Assembly: GCA_051453625.1 (NCBI GenBank)
Contig: JBOZIK010000001.1
Coordinates: 33,074,030 to 33,123,732, forward strand
Direction of reading: 5' to 3'
Length of the DNA: 49,703 bases
Source: Welwitschia mirabilis
Taxonomy: Eukaryota
This document shows positions 1-13,235 of the stretch, one piece after another (within the stretch, counting starts at the first letter, position 1; each line of letters opens with the position of its first letter). Position numbers and translations under genes: made by a program. Under the pieces are notes generated by a model. That model did not search any database and was not told the DNA's origin. It worked only from the letters and a program-made list of their open reading frames with translations.

Positions 1-1042
1 CTAATGAAAAGAGCATAACACGGACTGTAAAAATCTGAGACTAAAAAAGAAGAATTATTATACTCTCTTGATATTGTATCTGAATAATCTTCAAGTTTAT
101 ATTTTTGATTGACTTTATCATTGTATCTACTTTAGAAGAAGAGATTACTGTATCTTAGAGAAAATATCTATACATATGTGCATCATTCTTTCTTCCATTT
201 ATTCGTGATTGATGATAAGCCATAAAATCCTCTATGTTTGTGAAATATTATTTAGTGAGCCTAAAAACCATTATTGGAAACTAATATATGCTAGTCAAGA
301 ACAAGGAGTCTACGAAGCTGAAGGGTAGTTCTATCCACCATTAAATATCTTATTTTTATATTACTTTTCTACTTGTCTTATTTATAGGTTATGAAGAACA
401 TGGAAATTGTTATTAAAAGACCTACCCTCCCTCTCTCCCCCTGCTACTGCCACCACCACTGCCTCTAGGGTTGATCCTCTAGTTTTAAACTATAGAAATG
501 CTAAAAAAAGATTAAGTAAAATTTAATTCTAGATTCTATTATGTCTGTTAGGTAATAAATATTACAAAAGGAAGGAAGAGAAAAAGGGGGAAAATGGAGC
601 TTAATTAGGATAAGATAAAAGATGGTATCACACATGCAATATGTGAGGTGGATGTATGCTTATAGGTAACCTTTCTTTCTTAAAGTATCTCAAAATGGTA
701 CAACATAATCCTTTAGCACTAACAGCTATTTTAAGTTCAAATAAGTCCATACATGATAAGATAAGAAAGTNNNNNNNNNNNNNNNNNNNNNNNNNNNNNN
801 NNNNNNNNNNNNNNNNNNNNNNNNNNNNNNNNNNNNNNNNNNNNNNNNNNNNNNNNNNNNNNNNNNNNNNNNNNNNNNNNNNNNNNNNNNNNNNNNNNNN
901 NNNNNNNNNNNNNNNNNNNNNNNNNNNNNNNNNNNNNNNNNNNNNNNNNNNNNNNNNNNNNNNNNNNNNNNNNNNNNNNNNNNNNNNNNNNNNNNNNNNN
1001 NNNNNNNNNNNNNNNNNNNNNNNNNNNNNNNNNNNNNNNNNN

Positions 1043-2923
1043 AAGACAAAAACATGCATTTTATCAGATAATTCACAAGAATTTCATGTAGATATGGATA
1101 AATTGTATTTTCGAATAACTATTCCTGCAAATAACAAAAGATCACACTGACTAAAGATGAAGAAATGATTGTCATCCCCTCTATCGTCTAGACGATAGGC
1201 AGGACGACAACCCTAATTAAGTAATAAATAGACTTCTTTTTAAATAACTTCTAGACAAACTGAAGATCTCTGTACCAGACATCATCATTCATCTCATCGT
1301 CCAGATGATACTAAGTGGATGACATTTTGAAAACTAGTCGATAGCATTTCAAAGACAGATCAATCAATAGATAAACTAAAGCAAAACTAGAGTTCTAATT
1401 ATCTATCCTTGTCGTCTCCTCCTTTGTCTGGATGAAAATGAAGAGGACACTGTTTTCCTATAGTTTTACTGAATGTTTTCCCAAGTTGTCGTCTCTTTAT
1501 TACTACTTTACTTTGCATGTCAGCTAGAGTTTTTTCTATACTCTTTTGTTAGTTTCCTTTTCTTTTCTATCTATAAATAAAGGTCTTCCCCTTAATTCCT
1601 AATCATCTTCGATAGTATCTGACATTCTCGTGATAAGAGATCTTAGGACTGAAGAACCATCTTATAACCCGGAGAGACATTACCTTAGTATTGGGTGGCA
1701 TATCTTCCATTGAGGAATGACTAATTTATGATATATATGCCTTTTCTATTTTAATATGTATTATTCTAAACTTATCCTTCATAGTTTATGTTGCTTAAGA
1801 TTCGTGACAGGTTTCTTTGATTATATAGATTATGAAGGTAGTCTTTGTTAAGGTTAAGCTTAATTAGTTTAGGTGCATCGTTATTTACTTTCTTAGATTA
1901 NNNNNNNNNNNNNNNNNNNNNNNNNNNNNNNNNNNNNNNNNNNNNNNNNNNNNNNNNNNNNNNNNNNNNNNNNNNNNNNNNNNNNNNNNNNNNNNNNNNN
2001 NNNNNNNNNNNNNNNNNNNNNNNNNNNNNNNNNNNNNNNNNNNNNNNNNNNNNNNNNNNNNNNNNNNNNNNNNNNNNNNNNNNNNNNNNNNNNNNNNNNN
2101 NNNNNNNNNNNNNNNNNNNNNNNNNNNNNNNNNNNNNNNNNNNNNNNNNNNNNNNNNNNNNNNNNNNNNNNNNNNNNNNNNNNNNNNNNNNNNNNNNNNN
2201 NNNNNNNNNNNCCATAAGGACGATATTGTTATCCCATAGTTCTACAGAATGTATTCCCAAGTTGTCGCTTGTTATTTGTAACTTTCCCTTGCATGTTAGC
2301 TAGAGTTTCTACTTTACCTTTTTGTCAGTTTACTTTCCCTTTCTGTCTATAAATAAAGGTCTTCCCCTCGATCCCTAATCATCTTTGATAGTACCTAACA
2401 TTCTCATGACAGGAGATCGTTAGATTAGAGAACTATCTTATAATCTAGAGAGATGTTACCTTGGTGTTGGATAGTGTATCCTCCATTGAGGAATGACTAC
2501 TTTGTGATATAGATGTCTTTTCTATCTTAATATGAATTATCCTTTTTGTTAATAAGTGCAAGAACTTATCCCTTATAATTTATGTTGTTCTAGATTCGTG
2601 GCAGGTTTCTTTAATTATATAGATTATGAGGCTAGCCTTTGTTAAGATTGAGCTTAATTAGTTTAGGTGCATCATTGTTTACTTTCTTAGATTAGTTTTG
2701 CATTATTATTTCAATTTCCATGCATTGTAATTTAATTCAGTAGAATAGAGTTACATATTTCTCTTTGGAAATCAACTCTTTGTTGTCCATACTATTAGCC
2801 TTCGACAGAATTATGACATTCAGATCACTCTGTCTATACTAGTATGTTGTATTTTGCATCTTATTTATAATTAATAGGATTAAGATTGAAGCATGAAATA
2901 TTGCATAAATACGCACCACAACA
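1043..2923 (+). repeat. 5' LTR of element A (two overlapping, diverged partial copies either side of the 1901-2211 gap)
   Basis: ~1440-1900 aligns with ~2213-2693. TATA-like CTATAAATA at ~1571 and ~2347. Homologous to 7299-7689 and 9415-10628. Confidence 0.85.
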
Positions 2924-2925
2924 AA

Positions 2926-2944
2926 TTGACACTGTTTCAGGGGA
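2926..2944 (+). promoter_or_regulatory. Degenerate primer-binding site (tRNA-Asp type, Athila)
   Basis: TGACACTGTTTCAGGGGA directly after the LTR CA end, versus the canonical TGGCGCCGTTGCCGGGGA. Confidence 0.7.
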
Positions 2945-3499
2945 AGGCTACTTAGAAATTGAGTGTTGTTATTGCTCCAGTGGATATTCCGAATGTTCAC
3001 TGTAGTAGCAGTATACCAATACTCTATAAGTAGTTTATTTTAGTTTTAACTTTTTACTAACCACTAACATCCCTTTTTTCATCTAAACATCATAGTCAGA
3101 TGACTATTCCCTTTTATGCTTTCCCTTATTCTATGGTTATCTGTGTTTTCTATCTCTGTCATCCAGGTTATCATCCGAATAACATACAGGACAAAACCTC
3201 CTGAGAACCTAAAACTGAATGGTGATAATAGGGAAAGGCAAAAAATACCAGAGAGAGAGTAGTTCATCACAGAAAATACTAGAGAAGGTTTACTAAATTT
3301 TGAATTTGAAAATCAAAATAGCCCAGATACACAAACTTTAGAATTTCCTAAAATTTCTAATTTTAATTCTGTAGAAAAGTCTGATTTTAATTATGAAAAA
3401 TCTAATACCATGTTGATCTCTCACCAAAAACAACCTATCTCGCCAAATCCACCCCCTATCATTGGAACTATTACTCCTACTCCTCATGTAATTCTGAGA

Positions 3500-4090
3500 G
3501 ATCTCATAGCAAATAAAAGACTTGAAATTCAAAACCCTTTCAACTTACCTCTAGGCAACGCTGTGGAACTTAAATGCTTACCCTACCTTTCGAGGAGAAC
3601 CTGATGAAGACCCCTTACAACACATCACTAAAATTGAATAACTTATTCTTACTTCTGAAAACGATAAAAAGCGCATAACCGATAGAACCTATATGGTTAT
3701 TTTTCCCATTACATTACGAGATAAGGCTAAACTTTGACTTAGAACAATCCCTCATAAGACCTAAAATCTTAGAGCCAAGTTCAAGAAGCCTTCGTTAAAA
3801 GATTTATGAATGAAACCACCATCCGGAAACGTAAGAAAGAAGTCACAAACTTCCAACAACTGCCTAACAAAAACTNNNNNNNNNNNNNNNNNNNNNNNNN
3901 NNNNNNNNNNNNNNNNNNNNNNNNNNNNNNNNAGACACCTTTTCTGAAGTAGAATTAATTGACTATTTCTATAGTGGATTAAATAGTCATACTAAATAAC
4001 TTATAGATTTCTTTTATGGAGGCAACCTCTTGAATCGAACTCTAGAAGATGCTTGGAAAATTTTAGAAGATGTTGTCGAAGTAAGTTAAA
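3500..4090 (+). pseudogene. gag: Retrotransposon gag remnant (Athila-like)
   Basis: Interrupted translations: YPTFRGEPDEDPLQHITK, MVIFPITLRDKAKL*L, ELIDYFYSGLNSHTK*LIDFFYGGNLLNRTLEDAWKILE. Confidence 0.85.
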
Positions 4091-5117
4091 CTTGACCAAA
4101 ACCCTCATCTAGAGAAAACAAGACAGTAGGATAAATCATCAAAGACCTTAAAGAAGTCAAATACAAAAAAGTTGTAACTAAAATAGAACATGAACCAACT
4201 AGCGTCATTAAGTATTTTACATCTACTTTAGAGAAATACACTTAGATGATCCTTGATGCTAAAGTGGCGACTGAGAAAACTTAAATTACTGTTCCAACTT
4301 ATGATTTATGCAAGGATAGTTATCAAATCATTAAAGNNNNNNNNNNNNNNNNNNNNNNNNNNNNNNNNNNNNNNNNNNNNNNNNNNNNNNNNNNNNNNNN
4401 NNNNNNNNNNNNNNNNNNNNNNNNNNNNNNNNNNNNNNNNNNNNNNNNNNNNNNNNNNNNNNNNNNNNNNNNNNNNNNNNNNNNNNNNNNNNNNNNNNNN
4501 NNNNNNNNNNNNNNNNNNNNNNNNNNNNNNNNNNNNNNNNNNNNNNNNNNNNNNNNNNNNNNNNNNNNNNNNNNNNNNNNNNNNNNNNNNNNNNNNNNNN
4601 NNNNNNNNNNNNNNNNNNNNNNNNNNNNNNNNNNNNNNNNNNNNNNNNNNNNNNNNNNNNNNNNNNNNNNNNNNNNNNNNNNNNNNNNNNNNNNNNNNNN
4701 NNNNNNNNNNNNNNNNNNNNNNNNNNNNNNNNNNNNNNNNNNNNNNNNNNNNNNNNNNNNNNNNNNNNNNNNNNNNNNNNNNNNNNNNNNNNNNNNNNNN
4801 NNNNNNNNNNNNNNNNNNNNNNNNNNNNNNNNNNNNNNNNNNNNNNNNNNNNNNNNNNNNNNNNNNNNNNNNNNNNNNNNNNNNNNNNNNNNNNNNNNNN
4901 NNNNNNNNNNNNNNNNNNNNNNNNNNNNNNNNNNNNNNNNNNNNNNNNNNNNNNNNNNNNNNNNNNNNNNNNNNNNNNNNNNNNNNNNNNNNNNNNNNNN
5001 NNNNNNNNNNNNNNNNNNNNNNNNNNNNNNNNNNNNNNNNNNNNNNNNNNNNNNNNNNNNNNNNNNNNNNNNNNNNNNNNNNNNNNNNNNNNNNNNNNNN
5101 NNNNNNNNNNNNNNNNN

Positions 5118-5380
5118 TTGGTATCCCAATCCATTAGTAACTTAGTTTCCAAGAAGTGTCCAAAATTTAAAGATCTGAGGGCAGCAACTATTAGTGTTAC
5201 TTTAGAGGGAAACCAAAGAATTAAGAAAGCCTTGATAGATGTAGGAACTAGTGTTAACATCATGCCTTTTCATATTTATAAACATTTAGGATTGGAAGGA
5301 TGAATAGAACCCATGGAAATTATCTTGGAGTTAGCTGATTCATCTGTTAAGAAACCCTTAGGTGTGATAAAGGACTTGGT
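5118..5380 (+). pseudogene. Retropepsin aspartic protease remnant
   Basis: PKFKDLRAATISVTL...KKALIDVGTSVNIMP...IILELADSSVKKPLGVIKDL matches the Athila ALxDLGASVNLMP / LQLADRSxxxPxGxxEDV pattern. Confidence 0.9.
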
Positions 5381-7298
5381 NNNNNNNNNNNNNNNNNNNN
5401 NNNNNNNNNNNNNNNNNNNNNNNNNNNNNNNNNNNNNNNNNNNNNNNNNNNNNNNNNNNNNNNNNNNNNNNNNNNNNNNNNNNNNNNNNNNNNNNNNNNN
5501 NNNNNNNNNNNNNNNNNNNNNNNNNNNNNNNNNNNNNNNNNNNNNNNNNNNNNNNNNNNNNNNNNNNNNNNNNNNNNNNNNNNNNNNNNNNNNNNNNNNN
5601 NNNNNNNNNNNNNNNNNNNNNNNNNNNNNNNNNNNNNNNNNNNNNNNNNNNNNNNNNNNNNNNNNNNNNNNNNNNNNNNNNNNNNNNNNNNNNNNNNNNN
5701 NNNNNNNNNNNNNNNNNNNNNNNNNNNNNNNNNNNNNNNNNNNNNNNNNNNNNNNNNNNNNNNNNNNNNNNNNNNNNNNNNNNNNNNNNNNNNNNNNNNN
5801 NNNNNNNNNNNNNNNNNNNNNNNNNNNNNNNNNNNNNNNNNNNNNNNNNNNNNNNNNNNNNNNNNNNNNNNNNNNNNNNNNNNNNNNNNNNNNNNNNNNN
5901 NNNNNNNNNNNNNNNNNNNNNNNNNNNNNNNNNNNNNNNNNNNNNNNNNNNNNNNNNNNNNNNNNNNNNNNNNNNNNNNNNNNNNNNNNNNNNNNNNNNN
6001 NNNNNNNNNNNNNNNNNNNNNNNNNNNNNNNNNNTCTTTTATTTTACTTATTCATCTTATTATTTCTTAAGTGTGTGATCCTATGGAAATTATCTTGTAT
6101 TCAAAAAAAAAAAAGGAAAAAGAAAAAAAAGAAAGAAAGAAAAGTGAAAAGCATAATGTCCTAACGCAAGTACACCAGGGCAAATATTTCTAAGAGGAGC
6201 CTTTGGCAGTGTAATAAGGCAGCTATGGAAACTCCACTGGGGGGTCGGTTGGCCATGCTTCATAGGTCCTTACTCCTCTGATAGTGGTTGCACTTCCCTC
6301 ATNNNNNNNNNNNNNNNNNNNNNNNNNNNNNNNNNNNNNNNNNNNNNNNNNNNNNNNNNNNNNNNNNNNNNNNNNNNNNNNNNNNNNNNNNNNNNNNNNN
6401 NNCTTCATAGGTCCTTACTCCTCTGATAGTGGTTGCACTTCCCTCATCATGGCAAAAGAAATATAACTTTTAGTATTCCCACTTAATCACTTCACTTTTA
6501 GATATTTTGATGAGTTTGTAGGTAGAAATAGATGAGTCCATTCCTACATACCTTTTGATTTTGACCTTCATTGTTCTACACAATTGAAACCTTGGATATC
6601 GTCATATCCACTACCCTTTCAAATAAACTTTATCTAGATAATAAATTTTGTCATGCATCTTTACTTAGGTAATGTTATAATATTTTCCTTTGGAATTTGC
6701 TATGTTAGTACTTAGGATAGGTAAACACTCTTCTTCTTGTTTCTTATGTCTATTTCTCCTTTACTTTTCTTCTGTTTTCATTCTACTATTTCTAGTTAGT
6801 TTTGTATTTTTTTCTTTCTTAGAACTTTTCTCATTTAGTAGTTTTCATTCCAATTGTTTTTGCATTTTCTTTTCTGGTTTAGGCAATTCAAGACGCATTG
6901 CACATTTTAAGTGGGGCAGGATACACATATATTTTTAATATTGCATATTTTTAATATTATGAATACATGATTGCAAATCCTCATTGATTTTTACATGATT
7001 CTATTTAACTGTCTATTACAAATGCAAAATCTAATTTCTGTCATAGGTTCCAGACTCTTAAAAACTTTTATGGAGCCTGTCGTCCCCATTATCATCTGAA
7101 CGACCAGATAACACACACGTCTGATACTCTATAGGTATTTAAATTCAGTTTTTAAATTTTTAGAAATTCAGTTCATTATAGATACATTTTGTTAGATGTT
7201 TCCTTTAGATATCCTAGCTATTTTTTGAAAAATTGGCTTATAAATATGGTTTACCGCTTGGTTTTATCAGAGACTGATAAGGTTAAGTGGGGGGACTA

Positions 7299-7689
7299 TG
7301 TTGCGACACTAACTTATGTGTAATTGATAGGGTATTATGAGTTGTTTTGTATATAAACTAATAGATAAATGCTTAGTTCTTATGACAATTGAGAATCAAG
7401 GAGCACAAGACGAAAACATGAATTTCATGTAGATATAAATAAATTGTATTTTTGAATAACTATTCCTACAAACAACAAAAAAATCATACTAACTAAAGAT
7501 GCAGAAATGACTATTATCCCCTCCATCGTCCAGACGATAGGTAGGATGACAACCCCAATTGAGTGATAAACAGACTTCTTTCCAGATAACTTTCAGATAA
7601 ACTGAAGATCTCCGTACCAGACATCATCATCCACCTCATCATCCAGATGATACTGAGTGGATGACATTTCAAAAACTAGTCAACAACAC
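7299..7689 (+). repeat. 3' LTR of element A (runs into gap), preceded by polypurine tract
   Basis: TAAGTGGGGGGACTA followed by TGTTGCGACAC. Aligns with 1043-1340 and 9415-9820. Confidence 0.85.
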
Positions 7690-8045
7690 NNNNNNNNNNN
7701 NNNNNNNNNNNNNNNNNNNNNNNNNNNNNNNNNNNNNNNNNNNNNNNNNNNNNNNNNNNNNNNNNNNNNNNNNNNNNNNNNNNNNNNNNAATACCTATAT
7801 TATTAAGACTTCTTATTGGAAGAAATCCTTCTGGAGTATATCCCAAGTAAGTTGATAAATGGCTAATTATTTCTAAGAGAAACCCTAATCCCATTACACT
7901 TTGGACACTTTAAAGAGAGATTTCATTAGGCCATGGAAATCCTAAGTCATAATATTAATTTATCCTATAAATAGCCTAATTTAGTTTAATTGAAGAATTA
8001 TTAATTAACATTGTTACAAAGAGATTATTAAAGCTTTAATTATGA

Positions 8046-8640
8046 GTTCTCTCTAATCCTTCTGTTAGGGATGGACTAGCTTTTAAGCTAGTATGATATT
8101 TCTTAGATTAGCATTAAAATGATTATATAATTTCACTCATTTAACAATAAAGTGATGCATGCTATTTTCTTAATTCATTACTTTGATTTTAAGTTGTAAT
8201 TAATTCATGCTTGTTATTCTTAATTTAACTAAGACATGTTAAGTATTTTAAGATTTGATTTATGATTTTTTTATACTTTAGTTTTATAACTTGAATTTTT
8301 ATTTGATCAATCTTAGGGATACATTAGTTTAACTAAAGACTCTTAGTATCTTTGAATTTAAGATTGGAGTTTTAGTCATGAATTCTTTCTAACCCTCTCA
8401 TAGGGATGAGCTAGCGTGATTATTTTTGTTTTAGCATGGATACATTTTTAGATTGTATGCTTTTATTTTTTAGATAATAAAGTATTATATGTTTCTAATT
8501 AATTACTTTTATTTTAAGTTGTAATTTTTTATAATTGTTATGATTAGGATTGGCTAAGACATGCTTTTGCTTTAAGATTTATTTACTGACGTTTCCTTTT
8601 CATTCTAGCTTGCATAGCCTAAATGTTTATTTAATGGATC
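8046..8640. repeat. Old diverged tandem duplication (~330 bp period), probably inside another LTR
   Basis: Blocks TTCT(C/T)TCTAA...TAGGGATG...CTAGC and TTACTTT..TTTTAAGTTGTAATT...CTAAGACATG...TTAAGATTT each occur twice. A TATA-like CTATAAATAG lies at ~7965. Confidence 0.55.
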
Positions 8641-9414
8641 TTCTGAGACTCCTACTTTCCATGCTTACTTTATTCTTATTAGTAAGGTTAAGTGGCTTGA
8701 ATATATTACCTTGTGTCTATAATTAATATGTTTATGTCATTATTCTTGATCTTGAACTACATGAGCACTCATATTTATTATGGATTATATCATTATGCTT
8801 GAGTTGAAAATAAATGATATGTGATTTTACTTTAGTACTTATGCATTTATATGAAGTTATTATGTTATTTTGAATGTTATATTTCATTCCTAGATCTCTC
8901 ATATAATTTTCTTTTATATTACACATTATTTATATCTATAGAAGAACAACATTAAAACTATATTACAAGTAGAAGTTCTAGTATTATTATTAAAATTTGA
9001 ATTTGATCATGCAAGATTTGTATCCTTAGTATGATCTTACTATTTATCATAAATTAATGATAGCTAAATTTTATCATGAACAACTTTATATACATACACA
9101 TTAAAAAATGCTATAAAAAATAGTAAATAAACATACTTCTCACCTAGTAAAAGATTTAAAAGTGATATGAAATTAAAAATAGAAATAAAAAGAAAGTTTA
9201 ATAACATTTATATATAATCAAATCCATAAAGATGACTGGGTAGAATGAATATCTTTTATTTTCATAGTATGTATCCTTCTTATTCAAATATTTCTTAGTT
9301 TTCCTAGCCCCCTCATGATCCTTTATATCATTTTTCCTAATATAACATAAAGATATTTAACTATATCTTTAAAGTATATAATATTATACTTATATGTAAT
9401 AATTCTTAATACAT

Positions 9415-10628
9415 TATTACGACACCAACTTATGTGTATTTGATACAGTATTTTTAGTTGTTTTGTAGATAAACTAACAGATAAATGCTTAGTTTCTATG
9501 ATAATTAAGAATCAATAAGTACAAGTCAAAAATATGAAATTATCAGATAATTCATAAGCATTTTATATAGATATGAATAAATGTTATTTTTGGATAACTA
9601 TCCCTGCAAACAATGAGTGATCATACTAACTAAAGATCAAGAAAAGTATGTCGTCCCCTTAGTCGTCCACATGACAGTTAGGATGAAAACTCCAATTTAA
9701 TAATAAACAAAGTTCTTTTGAGATAACTTGTAGTTAAACTGAAGATCTTCTTATCAAACACCATCATCCACATCATCGTCCAGATGACACTGGTGGATAA
9801 CATCTCGAAAATTAGTCGACAGAACTTTACATGCAATTCGATAAGCAGATAAATTGAAGTAGAATTAGAGTTCCAATTATTGATCCTTGTCATCTCCTCC
9901 ATCTTTCGGATGACCAAATAGATGACATTGTTTTTATTTACTTTTACTGAATGTATTCTTGAGTTATCACCTATTCTTTGTGACTTTATTTTGCATATTA
10001 GCTAGGGTTTTCATTTTACTTCTATGTTAATTTTCCTTTCCTTTCTATCTATAAATAAAGGTCTTCCCCTCAATACCTAATCATCTTTGATAGTACCTGA
10101 TATTCTCATGATAAGAGATCTTAGGACCAGAGAACCATCTTGTAATCCAGAAAGACATTACCTTGGTGTTGGGTGGCGTATCCTATATTAAGGAATGACT
10201 ACTTTGTGATACAGATGTCTTTTATTCTTTTTATTATGAGTTATCCTTTTTTTAATAATTTCAAGAACTTATCCCTCATAGTTTATATTGTTTAAAATTC
10301 ATGACAAGTTTTTTGGATTATATAGGTTATGAGGGCAGCCTTTGTTAAGATTAAACTTAGTTAGTTTAGGTACATCATTGTTTACTTTATTAGATTAGTT
10401 TGCATCAATATCTTTTATTTTCATGCATTGTAATTTATTTCAGTACATTATAATTACATATTTTTTTTCTCGAAATCAACTCTTTATTGTCTATACTATT
10501 GGCCTTTGATGGAATTAAGACATTTGGTTCACTCTTAACTATACTAATGTGCTTTATTTTACATCTTATTTATAATTAACAGGATTAAGATTGAAGCATG
10601 AAACATTGCATAAATACATACCGCAATA
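9415..10628 (+). mobile_element. Solo LTR of family A (~1.2 kb)
   Basis: Starts TATTACGACAC (decayed TGTTGCGACAC) and ends CCGCAATA (decayed CCACAACA). No PBS or PPT in the flanks. The TSD is degenerate (TACAT/GATAT). Confidence 0.85.
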
Positions 10629-12999
10629 GATATGAATATTTAGTTGACTATTTACATAAGAAAATAAAATTACTATCATTGGATTTACTTTATTAAAATG
10701 GTCATACACAAAGATAACCAAAATACATATATTACTTCATTTAGCATACCAAAAGAAAATATTTTCATTTGGAAATATAATAATGGAGATCAATTAGAAG
10801 AAACAAATTATTCTCTTTTAGATTGATAATAATACTACTTTCCAAAATAAATCATAGTAGTACTTTAAAGTTTTATTTAAAGAAAGATATTATATGCATG
10901 AGACTATGTTAGCTTTTTCCCATGTTTAATAAGCAAATTTTAATACAATATTATGAGTAATGAGTAGAAGTGCTAGTTAATGTAGAGTTAAGTAAGCATA
11001 ATAAGACATAATGCTTACCTAAAACTCATATGACTACAAAGTAAATGAAAGGGATAAAAATTAAAGGAACTGATTAAATTAACTAGAATATTAAAATGAA
11101 AACCCTTATAAATTGCTTAAGTATGTTTATTAAAATGAAAGAAAATAAAGAAGAGGTATACTTTATATGTACAAAAAAAGCATCAATAATATTACGAAAG
11201 TATAATAAATTAAAATACACATTCCTTGCATAATTAAATGGTCAAACTTAGTTCATAGAAAAAAACGAATTTCACTTATCATGTAAGAACAACAGCCTTA
11301 ATATGAAAGACAAATTGTTGTTTTACTAAACAAGAAGGATATACTATTAAATTATTTTAATTATTATCTATATTATATATTGGCATAATTTATTAAATAA
11401 AGTTTTTATAATTAATGATGTTAATTAAAAAAACTTCTGGCTTTTCAAAGATATTATCATAGAAATTAATAATTAATTATTCATAAAGATAAAGGTAAAA
11501 TATGCTATTTTTAGTAAACTCAAGTTATAATTTAATATCTAAAAATTAACTTTATAAATTTTATATTTCTATATAGATATAGGTCATACTTTTACTGTAA
11601 AAATTGCTTAAATTCTTAAGGTTACTATAATACCATGGTATACTAAAAATATTATAACTTTTAAACTACTTTACATTTTGAATTATTGTTCAATTTTATT
11701 CAAATTTATACAATCCAAACTATTCGTTTATGATAAATATTCTGAGCATAATTTGTAAGCTATAACTAAAATTGTGTTATTTTGTATTTTTATTTTCTAA
11801 GTTATTTTAATAAAATAATTTTTTAGAATTTATCAAATATTATAAAATTTACTATTTTTAAATTTTCATGATCCCAATATAATTATAAACTTACAAAAAA
11901 TATATTACTAATATCTATCTAATATATAATAAGTTATGATATCTTCAAGTTATGTTTCTATGTTAAAAAAGTTGTACTTAATCTAGAATCAAAACATAAA
12001 AATTCATGAATAAAATTATGGCAACTATAGTTGATTAAATTAGTAGAAATACTTAATATTATTAGTCTATAAAATACACTAAGAAAATACTAAATAAGTA
12101 AGTCATTATCAATTAAGAATAAGTAATGTATAAGATTAATTTGAAGCAAACAAATTTAATGAGATTTATGATTCATATGAAAGCTTGAATATCATAAATT
12201 AAGTTTCAAGAAGTAGGTAATTCACTATAATAAGAGGATTATAATACGCATTTAATGTAAAATTAAAACTATAAAATACATTTAAGATTCCATAGTGCAA
12301 TATTAACATGGATATCCAAATATTATAGTGAATGTCTTCCATTCCTAACCTCATCAATTAAGCATATAAAGAGATCCCTCAAATCTCTTTCTTATCATGG
12401 TTTGAGCCTTATAAGAGGGATAAGTTAAACCCAAAAAACATTGTGATAAGCATACATAATGACAAAAGGTAGTACTTCATTATGCCACTAATTTTGTTAA
12501 GAGAAAACATAGGAGCAAAATAAGTAAAGGAAATTTCCTTGGAAGGATAAGTAATTAGTGATTATTAGTTGATAAATATTGATAAATATTCGATGAACTC
12601 ATATTATCCAAGATCCTTAGCTCCAACCGTCAAGCTTTAATAAGCTTTAAAATTCACACTTAAAATCAAGAGGATGAGAAGAGAAAAAGATGGAAAAATG
12701 AGGAGAAAATTTAATATCACATACTTGCATGAAAAATGAAGAACCAATTTACAAGAGATGAGAGGGCTTTATTTATAAGCACATAATAGACCAAACATTT
12801 TAAGTCCAATTTGTTCAACACCATATACATCATGTTACCCATATCGTAATGTGATCACATGAATTTGAATAAGATTAATTACATTAAATAAGATAAAATT
12901 GATCATTGACAAGTTGGATAAGCTTAAGTAATAAGTAATGTTAATGTGTAAAACATAAGAAGACATCATAACTATGACTTAAGCACTTACCTTAGGTAA

Positions 13000-13235
13000 G
13001 TAATTTTCTTGCTCTAATTATATACATCATTTTGTTATGATAGTTTCTTGTTAATCATTCATAGACTCATAACCATATTTATTCAATTCAAAACATTAAT
13101 TGAATCATGTGTAATCATGTGTAATTTTCTTGCTCTAATTATATACATCATTTTATTATGATAGTTTCTTGTTAATCATTCATAGACTCATAACCATATT
13201 TAATCAATTCAAAACATTAATTGAATCATGTGTAA
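13000..13235. repeat. Near-perfect tandem duplication, 121 bp period
   Basis: GTAATTTTCTTGCTCTAATT...GAATCATGTGTAAT at 13000 and 13121, with about two mismatches. Confidence 0.95.

Larger units (their letters stand above)
1043..7689 (+). mobile_element. Athila-like Ty3/gypsy LTR retrotransposon 'A', decayed, gag-protease only as assembled
   Basis: 5' LTR ends ...CACAACA at 2923, followed by a degenerate PBS, then gag and protease remnants, a PPT at ~7285-7298 and a 3' LTR starting TGTTGCG at 7299 that matches the 1043-1340 sequence. No RT/RH/INT is visible outside the N gaps. Confidence 0.85.

Noticed and set aside
6185-6290. Hammerhead ribozyme / retrozyme
   Set aside because: No CUGAnGA...GAAA core in the correct order with supporting stems.
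6690-6938. Hydrophobic 82-aa ORF (also 49293-49574)
   Set aside because: T-rich retrotransposon 3' non-coding sequence gives spurious F/L/I-rich ORFs.
10700-12990. Possible minus-strand LTR remnant (TATA-like at ~12770)
   Set aside because: No termini, PBS or second copy could be identified.
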